From an uncultured delta proteobacterium (GTDB taxonomy: Bacteria > Desulfobacterota > Desulfomonilia > Desulfomonilales > Desulfomonilaceae), in contig CAWBKB010000001.1 in NCBI GenBank assembly GCA_963789265.1, positions 1,024,001-1,088,000 of the forward strand: DNA of 64,000 nucleotides, written 5' to 3'. The notes under the pieces are model-generated. The model saw nothing but the letters and a program-made list of their open reading frames with translations, ran no database searches and had not been told where the DNA came from. Shown here one piece after another: positions 1 to 10,731 of this stretch (its first letter is position 1; each line of letters starts with the position of its first letter). The translations under genes were made by a program, and so were the position numbers.

Positions 1-594
1 GAACATCTTCCCAATATTTTTGATCCCTACTTCACCACAAAGCAAAAAGGGAGCGGTCTGGGCCTGGCAACTTCGCACTCCATAATCAAGAAACATGACG
101 GGCTTATTACCGTAAGCTCCACCTCGGGGCTCGGTACAACTTTCGAGATCTATCTTCCCAGGTGTCAGGACGAAGTATCGACGACCCAGGAGTTGAAAAC
201 TCGGCTGATCACCGGCCGGGCAAGGCTATTGTTGATGGACGACGAACCGACAATAGCGCAGTTGGCCAAGGAAATGCTCTCCATGCTGGGTTATGACGTG
301 GACGTGGCCCACGAGGGATCGGAAGCCGTGGAACTTTACCAGCAGGCCTGGAAGGCATCGGAACCCTATGACCTTCTCATTGTAGATTTAACTGTGCCGG
401 GCGGCATGGGCGGAAAAGAAGCAGTTGAGATTCTTGGTAAATCCTACCCAAACATCAAGGCCCTTGTATCGAGTGGTTATTCCAACGATCCGATCATGGC
501 CAATTACAGGAAATATGGCTTTGCCGGTGTTGTCTCCAAGCCTTACACTGTTCAGGAACTCGCCGGCGCCGTGACCGGAGCGCTTATGCAATAA
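1..594 (+). CDS. Hybrid sensor histidine kinase/response regulator, C-terminal part (5' end outside the window)
   Basis: Frame is open from base 1: [22 protein letters not shown] (HATPase F/G2 boxes), then a receiver domain (LLMDDE...[12 protein letters not shown]...SSGYS...KPY). Paralogous to the C-terminus of 41176..43260. Confidence 0.9.
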   Translation, partial: EHLPNIFDPYFTTKQKGSGLGLATSHSIIKKHDGLITVSSTSGLGTTFEIYLPRCQDEVSTTQELKTRLITGRARLLLMDDEPTIAQLAKEMLSMLGYDVDVAHEGSEAVELYQQAWKASEPYDLLIVDLTVPGGMGGKEAVEILGKSYPNIKALVSSGYSNDPIMANYRKYGFAGVVSKPYTVQELAGAVTGALMQ

Positions 595-623
595 GCATTG
601 CCCCCTGGACCGATCAGAGGCGG

Positions 624-800
624 TTAGTATTCAGCTTCCTCCTCTTCCAGGAGTTTTTGGAGCTGTTCATCGCTCAGGACTTTCCACGCTTTCATCTCTT
701 CCCACAATAATTGCCGGCACTTTACGGGAGACAAGCCTCTTGACTGCCAATGCTCCAGTTTTTGATCGGACAGCCGCCGTAATAGTTCATATCTGCCCAT
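624..800 (-). CDS. Small hypothetical protein (58 aa, MGRYELLRRLSDQKLEHW...EEEEAEY)
   Basis: ATG at 800 with a GGGGGA SD-like sequence upstream; helical composition with an acidic tail. The longer ORF-track extension looks spurious. Confidence 0.5.
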   Translation of the reverse strand: MGRYELLRRLSDQKLEHWQSRGLSPVKCRQLLWEEMKAWKVLSDEQLQKLLEEEEAEY

Positions 801-995
801 AGGTCGTCCCCCATTCCCACGCGTGCCGACAGTCGGTGTAAACTCCATATACTGCCTGGATCTCATCCAAAACGCTGAAATAATCAAATCATATCGTGAG
901 TCATTTGCACCGATTTTGAGTGGTTGATAAGTGGAAATTACCAACAGCCGGGCACGGCGACGCGGCGCAGGCGGCCGACTCACTTGACCGCAGAA

Positions 996-1679
996 TCATG
1001 ACGGAATGACAACGTCTCCTTCCAACAGAGCCAGCGCTTCGGGGTACATACCCCTCTTGATGGCTCCAAAGGTGTGTCGGTCCTTATCGGCCAATGGCGT
1101 AACATAGGCTGTAGCCGTCACCAGCACCTTATCGGCAGGGACCGCTTCATCTACAATGCCCAAATGTTTCGCTTCGATGCCTCCTATCTTGGCTCCTGTG
1201 AGCATCGAGTTCCGAAACACATTGGGTGTCAACCGGCTCTTGATCAGGGCCGTCATACCGGGAACGAACGGAATGTTGATATCCACTTCGGGCAAGCAGA
1301 AGTACCCGCGATCTACCCGCATGACTCGGAAGTCGTGTGCCAGGGCAAGCATTGCTCCGGCAGCAAAGGCGTGCCCGTTAATGGCGGCTGCGGTGGGCAC
1401 TGGAAATGCCATTACGCGTCCGAGAAGTTTCAAAACGGTCTTGATGAATTCGGGTGCCTCTTTCTGGCCGTCGCCGCTGAGCCAGGCCAAGTCCAGTCCA
1501 TTGGAGTAGAACTTCTCCTCTCCGCCGATGGTCACGAGAGCGGCCGGTCCGTGGGACTTTTCGATTGAGTCCAGCGCTTCGTTCATGGCATGGACGAAGG
1601 TTCGATTGAACCGATTTTCTCCACTCTCCATAGTAAGAATGAAAACGTCCCCTTCCTTTTTCAGATCGACGATACTCAT
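996..1679 (-). CDS. Enoyl-CoA hydratase/isomerase (crotonase) family protein
   Basis: KFYSNGLDL, AAAINGHAFAAGAMLALAHDFRVM and FCLPEVDI motifs; GGGAG RBS. Confidence 0.9.
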   Translation of the reverse strand: MSIVDLKKEGDVFILTMESGENRFNRTFVHAMNEALDSIEKSHGPAALVTIGGEEKFYSNGLDLAWLSGDGQKEAPEFIKTVLKLLGRVMAFPVPTAAAINGHAFAAGAMLALAHDFRVMRVDRGYFCLPEVDINIPFVPGMTALIKSRLTPNVFRNSMLTGAKIGGIEAKHLGIVDEAVPADKVLVTATAYVTPLADKDRHTFGAIKRGMYPEALALLEGDVVIPS

Positions 1680-1756
1680 AAATTGAACTCCCTCTATTCG
1701 TTTATTCTTTGAAAGGACATTCTTGTGTTCAAAAGATTGCCAGTCCCCGAGGCTCT

Positions 1757-1838
1757 GCCTCGACTATGATAGTGAAATAAAGACAGTTTGCGGGCAGAGC
1801 CCGCGAGATATGGATTCCAGGCGGAGCCTGGGAACCAG
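1757..1838. repeat. REP-like palindromic repeat (GCGGGCAGAGCCCGC...CCAGGCGGAGCCTGGGAACCAG)
   Basis: Internal hairpins; a homologous copy lies at ~35051..35133. Confidence 0.75.
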
Positions 1839-1991
1839 GACTCTGAAAAGATTGAACCGCAATTAGTGAGTGTTGTGCAAGCCTTTTTTCTTCTCTGCTG
1901 TCTCGGCACATCCTGCGTCTCGCGCATAGGCGTTAGCTTAAGGCAATTTCCTCCCTTTTCAAGAGGCGAATGCAGACCGAGGGCGATCAAA

Positions 1992-2077
1992 GTCCCCCTT
2001 TTCTAAAGGGGGATTTAGGGGGATTTTCAATGAGTTATCCCAAAATCCCCCCTGACCCCCCATTTACGAAAGGGGGG
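1992..2077. repeat. CCCCCTTT..AAAGGGGGATTTAGGGGGAT-type inverted repeat pair; may also act as a terminator downstream of comM
   Basis: Two inverted units with C/G-run hairpins visible in the sequence. Confidence 0.6.
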
Positions 2078-2132
2078 AATAAATCGTTAACTTAACGCCT
2101 GTGCGCCTCTCGCGGGACAGCGACCGATCACG

Positions 2133-3662
2133 TCAATCGTATCTCCTGTCCAGCGATCTATATTGAATGGCTTCGGCCACGTGGGGCGGTTGAATGTCCT
2201 GAACCCCTTCCAGGTCCGCAATGGTTCTGGCAATTTTGAGTATGCGATGATACGCGCGAGCCGATAAGCCCAACTTTTCGACAGCTTTTTCGAGGAATTT
2301 CATCGAATCGCCATCCAGGCCGCAGTGCTTCCTGAGAAGCGCGGAGCGCATTTGCGCGTTAGAGAAGAGACCACTCTTGCCCAGGCGGGCTAGTTGGATC
2401 CGGCGGGCGCTGTTTACTCGCTGCCTGATAGTTTCGGACGATTCTCCGTCCGTCACCGCGGTCAAGTCACGCCATTCAATGGAGGGAACCTCGATGTGGA
2501 TGTCGATTCTGTCCAGCAGCGGCCCTGAGATCTTGCTCCAATATCGCTGAACGGACTGCTTGGAACAGGTACATTGGTGCTTGGGATCCCCGCGGTATCC
2601 GCATGGGCACGGGTTCATTGCAGCCACCAGCATAAATCTGGCGGGAAACGTCAGGGCCAGTTGTGCCCTTGATATAGTCACTTCACCGTCTTCAAGCGGC
2701 TGACGCAAGACCTCCAAAACATTCTTGCGGAACTCGGGAAGTTCATCCAGAAAAAGAACTCCGTTGTGAGCCAGCGACACTTCTCCCGGCCGCGGGATCA
2801 TTCCTCCGCCGATTAGCCCGGCATCAGATACGGTGTGGTGGGGAGAGCGGAACGGTCGCACAGTCATGACCGAACTGTTGCGCCCCAACAGGCCCACGGC
2901 TGAGTATATTCTGGTGGTCTGCAACGCCTCCTCGAACACCGGCTCGGGCAGGATCGTCGGAATGCGCTGGGAAAGCATGGTTTTCCCGGAGCCCGGCGGG
3001 CCGATCATCAGAACATTATGCCCACCTGCGGCAGCCACTTCCACGGCCCGTTTTGCGTACTCCTGTCCCCGAACCTCTCCGAAATCCACGTGGTAAGCGC
3101 CGTAACGATCGGGTGTAGCGCCACTGCGCGGCTTGGTGGGTTCGACAACTACACGGTCCATCAAGAATCCGGTGGCCGTGAGGAGGTTAGGCACGCCAAG
3201 CACGTCTATACCTTCCACTACTGCCGCCTCGCGCGCATTCACATCCGGCAGGATCAGACCTTTGAATCCGAGGTCTCTCGCAGCAAGCCCCAGCGACAGC
3301 GCGCCCCGCACGGCTTTTATGCGGCCGTCGAGGGCTAGTTCTCCCACCACAACGTAATCGTCGAGCCTATCGGAAGGGAGCAAATTTAATGCAGCTAGTA
3401 TGCCCAGAGCAATGGGGAGGTCGAAGCCCGAACCCTCCTTCTTCAAATCCGCTGGAGCGAGGTTTACCGTGATGCGACGGGCAGGGAAGGGGTACCCGCT
3501 ATTGACTATGGCAGACTTGACTCGTGCAGCGCTTTCTTTGACGGCACTGTCAGGCAGACCGACTACGGCAACCGATGGCAGGCCCTGGTAGACGTCGACT
3601 TCCACTTCTGCCGGATGCGCGTCAATCCCGATGAGAGTCGCGGAATGAACCCGTGCGAGCAC
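2133..3662 (-). CDS. comM: YifB/ComM Mg-chelatase-like AAA+ ATPase (full length)
   Basis: [28 protein letters not shown], Walker [52 protein letters not shown] start at 3662 inferred from the second copy (ORF track starts at 3725). Confidence 0.93.
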   Translation of the reverse strand: MLARVHSATLIGIDAHPAEVEVDVYQGLPSVAVVGLPDSAVKESAARVKSAIVNSGYPFPARRITVNLAPADLKKEGSGFDLPIALGILAALNLLPSDRLDDYVVVGELALDGRIKAVRGALSLGLAARDLGFKGLILPDVNAREAAVVEGIDVLGVPNLLTATGFLMDRVVVEPTKPRSGATPDRYGAYHVDFGEVRGQEYAKRAVEVAAAGGHNVLMIGPPGSGKTMLSQRIPTILPEPVFEEALQTTRIYSAVGLLGRNSSVMTVRPFRSPHHTVSDAGLIGGGMIPRPGEVSLAHNGVLFLDELPEFRKNVLEVLRQPLEDGEVTISRAQLALTFPARFMLVAAMNPCPCGYRGDPKHQCTCSKQSVQRYWSKISGPLLDRIDIHIEVPSIEWRDLTAVTDGESSETIRQRVNSARRIQLARLGKSGLFSNAQMRSALLRKHCGLDGDSMKFLEKAVEKLGLSARAYHRILKIARTIADLEGVQDIQPPHVAEAIQYRSLDRRYD

Positions 3663-3801
3663 AGTGAGCCTCGGTTGTCGCTTATCTTTGGACATGGCCC
3701 GCGAAAGAGCCGGCCCTGAAAACATGGGTCATCATAGCATAGAGGAGGTGATGTCTAAAATGCTAAAGATGGCAGGCTGGATACAGGCCGGGCAATAGTG
3801 G

Positions 3802-4137
3802 CTACAGTGCATATCCAGGGGATTGTGCGTCTTCCACAGGCACGAGACGCACCTCTACCCTCCTATGGAGAGCATTGGCTATTCTTGAAGCCATTCCGAG
3901 GAAATCCCCTTCATAATCTGCCTCCTCGACGTCGTCAATGACTGTGGCGCTAATTCCCACGAGATCGGCCAGTTGCTCCTGCGTCAGGCCTGCCTGATTA
4001 CGGAGGTTGTAAAGCTGTCTGGCGATGTCGGCTTTGACACCCAACTCTTCGAAGTACTTTTCCATCTCCGGATCGCCTTTGATGTATCGGTCATAAGCCC
4101 ATTGGTAAGCGTCGGAACTGAGTTTTTTCTCTTCCAT
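3802..4137 (-). CDS. Xre/HTH_3 antitoxin (HigA-like)
   Basis: IARQLYNLRNQAGLTQEQLADLVGIS HTH; ATG at 4137 directly follows the toxin stop. Confidence 0.85.
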   Translation of the reverse strand: MEEKKLSSDAYQWAYDRYIKGDPEMEKYFEELGVKADIARQLYNLRNQAGLTQEQLADLVGISATVIDDVEEADYEGDFLGMASRIANALHRRVEVRLVPVEDAQSPGYAL

Positions 4138-4138
4138 G

Positions 4139-4510
4139 TCAAGGCTCCCATCGAAATGTATGGGTCTTTGGATCAGCTTCAAAACTTTTCTTTAGAGCTA
4201 CGGCCTTGTCTATCTCTTTTGGAGGAACCTCTTTCTCCTTCTTCAATCCGTGAGTAAGCACTACGACTTGGTTCCCGTGAAAGAAATATAATATACGGTA
4301 GTTGAGACTTTGAATTCTGACCCGAAGTTCATGAATACCATCCTTGAGATAATCAGATTCAGGTCGTCGAAGATTACTTCCGAAGGCCCTCAGTATGCCT
4401 ATCCATTTCAAACATTTGGCTCTGTGCTTCAGTTGAAGCCCATCGAGCCAGTCGGACATAGGGACCGACCCGTCATCCTCCTTGTAGAATACGACCTGGA
4501 CTGGCAGCAT
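4139..4510 (-). CDS. RelE/ParE-superfamily toxin (HigB/Gp49-like)
   Basis: VVFYKEDDGSVP..WLDGL, LRRPESDYLKDGIHELRV, YRILYFF, VVVLTHG.KK; toxin-first order. Confidence 0.88.
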   Translation of the reverse strand: MLPVQVVFYKEDDGSVPMSDWLDGLQLKHRAKCLKWIGILRAFGSNLRRPESDYLKDGIHELRVRIQSLNYRILYFFHGNQVVVLTHGLKKEKEVPPKEIDKAVALKKSFEADPKTHTFRWEP

Positions 4511-4738
4511 TCGTTCCTCTTACGCGAGTTGTTATCGATGAATCTGCGGCAAAGGTCAAGCCATGATCAGTTCAGGCAGGAGCGGTGAGCGAGGCGAACC
4601 GCATCGAGTGCGCGAAAAGAGGCGGGCAAACCGAAGGATGCGGTTCCAGTTGGTCGCCTCATCCCACGCGGCGTCGCCGGCCCGAGATGAGCCAAGAGCA
4701 GACTTGACCCCACTTCCTCTCACAAGTGAATCCTGAAT

Positions 4739-5542
4739 TTAATCCAGGTCCCTGATAATCTCCTTATCTCGTTCATCAAGAGTTTCATATTCGTCCTCGA
4801 GTACATGGACTAACTCCTTGTCTCCGATGCCACGTATCGTGGCCTGCTTAACGACGAACTTCTTACTATATGACTCGTCCATGTCCAGTTGAAAGTCGAA
4901 CCCCCTCCGTGCCACGCAAAAGGATAGCCCGCCTAGTTTCTGAAGCCTGGCTGCAATGTTGATGCATGCCCCGAAGAAGTCGCTGCCGTTCCCTACGGTA
5001 TAAATGTCGCCTGTTGCAATGCCGCACCTCAATTTCGTTGGGCAGTACGCAACCTCCTTCCTGATACGACTGTAGAATTCATCGCTATACTTCTGACACA
5101 AACAATAACAAGTTGTTACAACATTACATTTGTCCTCATTAGGCATCTCACCAGTATCCCACAAGAGCATGATGCCGTCTCCCATGAATTTTGAGTAGAA
5201 AGGCGGCTCGCAATATATCAAGTAACCCTCCTTGATTTTCTTCTTAATAATTTCCTGCCTAATTGCGGTATAGAACCAATCCAGAAACTTGGACAAGAAC
5301 TCAGGCACCACAAGCCTTGGGTCTACCTGTTTGCAGAAATCAGTAAAGCCTTGGAGATCAAAGACTGCGCATATAGCCTCTATCCGCGTTGCCTTAGCGC
5401 TAATATCGCCAAGGCCCAATACCGTCGAGTCAAAGGGGTCGAACTTATCTGCCTTGACGTAAAGGTCATGATCCTGGTCCTCGTCTCCTTCTTCGTCCTT
5501 GACTACCGTCTTGTCAGTTGGTTCTATACGGAATATACCCAT
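4739..5542 (-). CDS. Stand-alone class III adenylate/guanylate cyclase domain protein
   Basis: FDLQGFT (metal Asp1), KFMGDG (Lys + Asp2), RCGIATGD, DFFGACINIAARLQ (Asp, Asn, Arg). No sensor or TM domain. Confidence 0.8.
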   Translation of the reverse strand: MGIFRIEPTDKTVVKDEEGDEDQDHDLYVKADKFDPFDSTVLGLGDISAKATRIEAICAVFDLQGFTDFCKQVDPRLVVPEFLSKFLDWFYTAIRQEIIKKKIKEGYLIYCEPPFYSKFMGDGIMLLWDTGEMPNEDKCNVVTTCYCLCQKYSDEFYSRIRKEVAYCPTKLRCGIATGDIYTVGNGSDFFGACINIAARLQKLGGLSFCVARRGFDFQLDMDESYSKKFVVKQATIRGIGDKELVHVLEDEYETLDERDKEIIRDLD

Positions 5543-5839
5543 GGCTTACCCCCGATTGGAAATGCGGACTGGCAAACACCTTGACCAATAACAAATGCTC
5601 GATCAGTCATCTTATTACACTCGGACAAGAATTATTTGCCGAATGTCTGAAAAAGTCATCAGATGCTGCTGCATTTGATGGCTTGTGTTGAATTCTGGCC
5701 CCAAGAAAAGCCGTTCTGCTGAACAATCCGGATCCACTTGGGCTTTGCCTAGTGAATCCCGAGCGATTTTTTCGTCAAGCACGGAATGGTATGCTTGTTT
5801 CCAGCAAATGGGCCACTGCATCAACTAAGGACATAACGC

Positions 5840-6493
5840 CAGAACATTATGCCCGTCGGCGGCAGCTACCTCCACGGCCCTTTTTGCTTACTCCTGTCCC
5901 CGAACCTCTCCGAAATCCACGTGGTAAGCGCCGTAACGATCGGGTGCAGCGCCACTGCGCGGCTTGGTGGGTTCGACAACCATGCGATCCATCAAGAATC
6001 CTGTGGCCGTGAGGAGGTTCGGCACACCGAGCACTTCTATACCTTCCACTACTGCCGCCTCGCGCGCGTTCACATCCGGCAGGATCAGACCTTTGAATCC
6101 GAGGTCTCTCGCAGCAAGCCCCAGCGACAGCGCGCCCCGCACGGCCTTTATGCGGCCATCGAGGGCTAGTTCTCCAACTACGATGTAATCATCGAGTTTT
6201 TCCGAGGGGAGCAAATTTAATGCAGCTAGTATGCCCAGAGCAATGGGGAGGTCGAAGCCCGAACCCTCTTTCTTCAAGTCCGCTGGAGCGAGGTTTACCG
6301 TGATGCGACGGGCAGGGAAGGGGTACCCGCTGTTGACTATGGCAGATTTGACTCGTGCTGCGCTTTCTTTGACGGCACTGTCAGGCAGACCGACTACGGC
6401 AACCGATGGCAGGCCCTGGTAGACGTCGACTTCCACTTCTGCCGGATGCGCGTCAATCCCGATGAGAGTCGCGGAATGGACCCGTGCCAGCAC
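5840..6493 (-). pseudogene. comM: 5' fragment of comM (first ~218 codons) with a TAC->TAA nonsense change, ending just before Walker A
   Basis: Ungapped match to 3009..3662 at a constant offset of 2831. Six amino-acid differences over 201 aa. Stop at 5888..5890 replaces Tyr. Strong GAGGAGG RBS. Confidence 0.9.
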
Positions 6494-6792
6494 AGTGACA
6501 CCTCCTCACTTCGCTTTACTGCTTGGATCGTATCAGAACGGCAAGGCAAAGTCTCGCTGTATATCATGCCGGGAGAACCTTTTAGTAAGTAATGATGCTC
6601 CGCAGCAAGAAGCAAAGGGTCAGGTCTTGAAATGCAACTTAATTTGAGTCGGCTTATTCGAGCAGACCTGTTGTTCCTTAAGATGTGCCGAGCCCTGGTA
6701 ATATGCTATCGCAGTGTCCTCGCAATATCCGATCGTAGGGGGCGACGATTCTGCTTGAAAAACACGGTGTTCCCAGGCACCGAAATAATCAT

Positions 6793-6989
6793 TTATCAAC
6801 AGGTGTTTATAACTGATTTGGCTCCAGGAACAATTTTGTACCAAACTTAAGAGAATAGGGAACTTTGGTGTATCTCCACGAAATGACAGATCATTTTTTA
6901 GTGTCCCGACTTAACGCAGTTTGCTTTCGAGGCAGTATTTTCCAAGTCATAGGTGAGTTATCCACCGGGTTACAAGCAAGTTATCCACA
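6793..6989. promoter_or_regulatory. Cluster of DnaA-box-like 9-mers in a long intergenic region
   Basis: TTATCCACA at 6981 (perfect), TTATCCACC at 6958, TTATCAACA at 6793, TGTTTATAA at 6804 (reverse). Confidence 0.35.
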
Positions 6990-7223
6990 GGATCTGTGAG
7001 ATTTCGGTTAAGGCATCGTGAGGGGCGCTAATGCTGCCATTACCCCTAGCCATCCCATAATAGACTGACCCAATCTTACCGGGAATCAGCCGATATGGCA
7101 TTGTTCAAGAGGGAATGAATATCGTTAAGATTCTTTTGAGCCGTTTGACGGGTATTTCAAGAAATTCCGCCTGATCGTCAACCGGCAAGACATCGAAAGA
7201 AGTCGCGGTCTCAATCTCCTGCC

Positions 7224-8327
7224 TCAGGCGTTCATCTCCCATTTTCCTTCTGAGGTTCCGCTGATTCCTCGTACGAACAGGGCAAAGTCGTCAGGATTTG
7301 TTGCCGCCCCTAGTGCAGTTTCATAAGTGACCAATTTGTTTTTGTATAATTGCATTAGCGATTGATCGAATGTCTGCATGCCGTAGCTGATGTGTCCTTC
7401 AGCTATCGCGTCTCTGATCTCCCGAGATCTGCGTTCATCTGCTATGCACTCGCGCATGCGGGAAGTGGAAATTAGCACTTCCACAGCAGGGACTCTCCCC
7501 TTTCCATCTGCTCTTGGAAGCAATCTCTGAGAGATGATTCCCTTGATCATTCCTGCTAGCTGTATTCGGACTGAAGTCTGGTGCTGAATAGGAAATGCCG
7601 CAATGACACGGTTGATAGTCTCGGTCGCATCCAGCGTATGGGTGGTGCTGAAGACCAAGTGCCCGGTCTCCGCGGCCAGCATGGCGATCTCGATTGTTTC
7701 GAGATCTCGCATTTCCCCCACCAGAATTACATCGGGATCTTCGCGAAGCGCGGATCGCAATGCGTTCTGAAACGTAAGAGTGTCCTGCCCCACCTCACGT
7801 TGATTTATTATGCTCTTGCGGTCTCTGTGCAAGTATTCGATGGGATCTTCAATAGTGATCAGGTGGCAGTTTCTGAGCGAGTTGATGTGATTGATCATTG
7901 CTGCCAAAGTCGTGGTCTTCCCTGAACCCGTGACGCCCGTAACCAATACCAGGCCCCGTTGCTCCATCGTTATCTTTTCGATTACAGGAGGAAGATTGAG
8001 GTCCTTCAGTGAGGGTGGCTCCGACGGGATGGCTCGAAAGACCATAGCGATAGAATCTCGCTGAGAAAAAACGTTGACGCGAAATCTCGCCAGGCGGGAG
8101 ACTCCGTAAGCCATATCCAGTTCCTTGGTCTTGGTAAACATTTCCCGCTGGCGCTCGTTCATGACCGAGAGGGCCACTCGTCGAATTTCATCAGGCGTCA
8201 GGCGCTCTTCACCCTTCATGGGCGCCAGCACACCATTAACACGCGTGACCGGAGGAAGCGGTACCTTCAAATGGATATCCGAAGCTCCCATCTCAACGGC
8301 TTTTCTCAAGACATTATCCAGATCCAT
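7224..8327 (-). CDS. pilT: Type IV pilus retraction ATPase PilT/PilU family
   Basis: ASDIHL, GVTGSGKTTT, TIEDPIE, QREVG.DT, ALREDPDVILVGEMRD, AETGHLVFST, GMQTFDQSL. Confidence 0.93.
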   Translation of the reverse strand: MDLDNVLRKAVEMGASDIHLKVPLPPVTRVNGVLAPMKGEERLTPDEIRRVALSVMNERQREMFTKTKELDMAYGVSRLARFRVNVFSQRDSIAMVFRAIPSEPPSLKDLNLPPVIEKITMEQRGLVLVTGVTGSGKTTTLAAMINHINSLRNCHLITIEDPIEYLHRDRKSIINQREVGQDTLTFQNALRSALREDPDVILVGEMRDLETIEIAMLAAETGHLVFSTTHTLDATETINRVIAAFPIQHQTSVRIQLAGMIKGIISQRLLPRADGKGRVPAVEVLISTSRMRECIADERRSREIRDAIAEGHISYGMQTFDQSLMQLYKNKLVTYETALGAATNPDDFALFVRGISGTSEGKWEMNA

Positions 8328-8340
8328 ATTAATGCCTCGT

Positions 8341-9420
8341 CTAACTTATCTCCGCGTCGTGATCTTCATCTGATTTGGATGTCAGCAATATCCCTTTTTG
8401 TTCCAGCAGCTTTATGCGGATTGCATTCATGATTTCGGGGTTCTGTTTCAGAAAAAGTTTCGCGTTTTCTCTACCTTGGCCGATGCGTTCGTCTCCATAA
8501 GAGTACCAGGCCCCGGATTTATCGATAATCCCGGAGTCGACCCCCATGTCCACGACTTCTCCGGCTATGGATATGCCCTCATTGTACATGATGTCGAACT
8601 CGACTTGCTGGAAAGGCGGGGACAGCTTGTTCTTGACGACCTTCACCCTGGTTCGGGAGCCGACAACACTTTCCCCGTCTTTGATCTGCCCGATTCGGCG
8701 GATATCCAACCTGAGCGAGGCGTAGAATTTTAGAGCATTGCCACCAGTCGTGGTTTCAGGATTTCCAAACATGATACCTATTTTTTGTCTGATCTGGTTG
8801 GTAAAAACCACCGATGCATTGGAACGCGTGATAGCGGCGGTGAGTTTTCTGAGCGCCTGGGACATCAGGCGTGCCTGCAGTCCCATGTGTGAGTCCCCCA
8901 TCTCACCTTCAATCTCGGCCCTGGGCACCAATGCCGCGACCGAGTCGATTACCACGACTTCCATGGCACCGGATCGGACCAATATCTCAGTGATTTCGAG
9001 AGCCTGTTCGCCCGTATCGGGCTGAGAAATCAACAGCTCATCCGTGTTGACCCCGAGCTTTTTCGCATAGTGGATGTCCAACGCATGCTCTGCATCCACA
9101 AAGGCAGCATAGCCCCCTCTCTTTTGCGCCTCAGCAATGATATGGAGACAGAGGGTCGTCTTTCCGGAGGATTCCGGGCCGAAGATCTCAACCACCCGGC
9201 CTTGCGGGACACCGCCCACACCGATAGCGATATCGAGACCCAGAGATCCCGTGGGAATGGTTTTCACATTCGGGATGACACCGGTGCTCCCAAGTTTCAT
9301 TATTGCGCCCTTACCGAATTGCCTTTCGATTTGGCTGACTGCCATATCCACGGCCCTTGTCTTTTCAGAGTCGGATGGGTTTCCCTCGTTTGGTTCCCGC
9401 CCTCTTTTGGGTTTGGCCAT
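8341..9420 (-). CDS. recA: Recombinase RecA
   Basis: [57 protein letters not shown]. Confidence 0.99.
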   Translation of the reverse strand: MAKPKRGREPNEGNPSDSEKTRAVDMAVSQIERQFGKGAIMKLGSTGVIPNVKTIPTGSLGLDIAIGVGGVPQGRVVEIFGPESSGKTTLCLHIIAEAQKRGGYAAFVDAEHALDIHYAKKLGVNTDELLISQPDTGEQALEITEILVRSGAMEVVVIDSVAALVPRAEIEGEMGDSHMGLQARLMSQALRKLTAAITRSNASVVFTNQIRQKIGIMFGNPETTTGGNALKFYASLRLDIRRIGQIKDGESVVGSRTRVKVVKNKLSPPFQQVEFDIMYNEGISIAGEVVDMGVDSGIIDKSGAWYSYGDERIGQGRENAKLFLKQNPEIMNAIRIKLLEQKGILLTSKSDEDHDAEIS

Positions 9421-9819
9421 TAGAGTTCCTTTCTTATCAGGCTCGGCATAGGTACTGCAGCCGCCAAGCCGATTGGCTGTCCCTCGGCCGGGGACAAGGC
9501 CGCAACCGGTTCAGTTTTCAATGCAGAGATTATATCACGAATGTCGTAAAATCCCTGAAAGATTACCTCGATGAATCCACTCACGCCCGTACGCGTCATG
9601 AAATGTTATAGGGGCCAATCCTGAGCAGTCAAAATCCCAATGCACTCCGGGGTAAGTTGCCCCAAAATTGTCTGACGTTGGTATAGCGTGACCAGAAACG
9701 CTTCGACGCGGGTAGGTCACCCTCTGGACAAAGATTCTGCTCTAATGGTAGACCGATTTCAAGCCTTTTGATCCGGGGACCCGTTCTCCGGCTGCGCTGT
9801 GGTATTCATGGAGGGATTC

Positions 9820-10731
9820 ATGCACGTGATTTCAGCAAGTAGACGCACCGATATTCCGGCCTTTCATGCTGAATGGTTTATGCGGAGAATACGCGCGGAG
9901 AGCGTCCGTGTACTTTCACCGTTTGGAGGTGGAGTAAATGAAGTATCCCTTGCTCAGGAGGACGTAATTGCCATTGTTTTCTGGACCAAGAACGCCGCGC
10001 CCCTGTGGCCTTATCTGGATGAATTGACAGATAGGGGACATTGCTTCACGTTTCTCTATACTATAAACAATTATCCTGCTTTCCTGGAACCAAGAGTTCC
10101 GGACAGAGGTCACACTTTGAAAGTAGTGGAACTGCTGATTCGGCGATTTTCAGCATCAGTTTTCAGATGGAGGTACGATACGATAGTCCTTACGAATGTG
10201 CTGAACCGCGGATGGCATCTCCAAAACTTCCGCAAGCTGTGTCGCCTGCTTTCGCCTTTCACGACTGAATGCATTTTCAGCTTTTGCGACTATTACAAGA
10301 AAACCGCGAGAAATATGGAGCGCAGAGTGATCAATGAGCACAGGCCATGCGAAGTGGAATGCATTGAAATTGCCACAGAAATGGCTGACGTGGCGCGAGA
10401 GTGGGGGATTTCTCTCGCATCGTGTGCTCACGATTTTCTCGTCTCGGATAAGATATCCAAAGCACGGTGCATTGACCCGATGGCCCTTGCTCGGGTAGTA
10501 AATTCTCCTGAAAGAAAGCTTGCCTTGACTACCCTCAAAACATCTCCGACAAGAAAAGACTGCGGCTGCGCGGCCTCGAGAGACATAGGCGCATACGACA
10601 CGTGCGTTCATGGATGCGTCTACTGTTATGCCAACAGTAACCCCGAACTCTCGGAGAAGAATCGCTCCCTAATCATGCCGGATTGCCCTTGCCTGGACCC
10701 CAGAGCCGGCAAATATCGGGCCCTAGCATGA
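9820..10731 (+). CDS. DUF1848 family protein (radical-SAM-like, C-terminal Cys cluster)
   Basis: ISASRRTDIPAF, IVFWTKN, RWRYD, CGCAASRDIGAYDTCVHGCVYCYAN; GGAGGG RBS before ATG 9820. Confidence 0.88.
   Translation: MHVISASRRTDIPAFHAEWFMRRIRAESVRVLSPFGGGVNEVSLAQEDVIAIVFWTKNAAPLWPYLDELTDRGHCFTFLYTINNYPAFLEPRVPDRGHTLKVVELLIRRFSASVFRWRYDTIVLTNVLNRGWHLQNFRKLCRLLSPFTTECIFSFCDYYKKTARNMERRVINEHRPCEVECIEIATEMADVAREWGISLASCAHDFLVSDKISKARCIDPMALARVVNSPERKLALTTLKTSPTRKDCGCAASRDIGAYDTCVHGCVYCYANSNPELSEKNRSLIMPDCPCLDPRAGKYRALA

Noticed and set aside
1694..2006. ORFs 1694..1990, 1729..1911 and 1788..2006
   Set aside because: They are translations of REP-like repeats; the same peptide strings recur at 34955..35570.
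5615..5824. 69-aa ORF between the cyclase and the comM fragment; searched for an integrase remnant
   Set aside because: No recognisable motif, RBS or recombinase signature.
9421..9800. LexA box upstream of recA
   Set aside because: No match to a LexA consensus that I can support.
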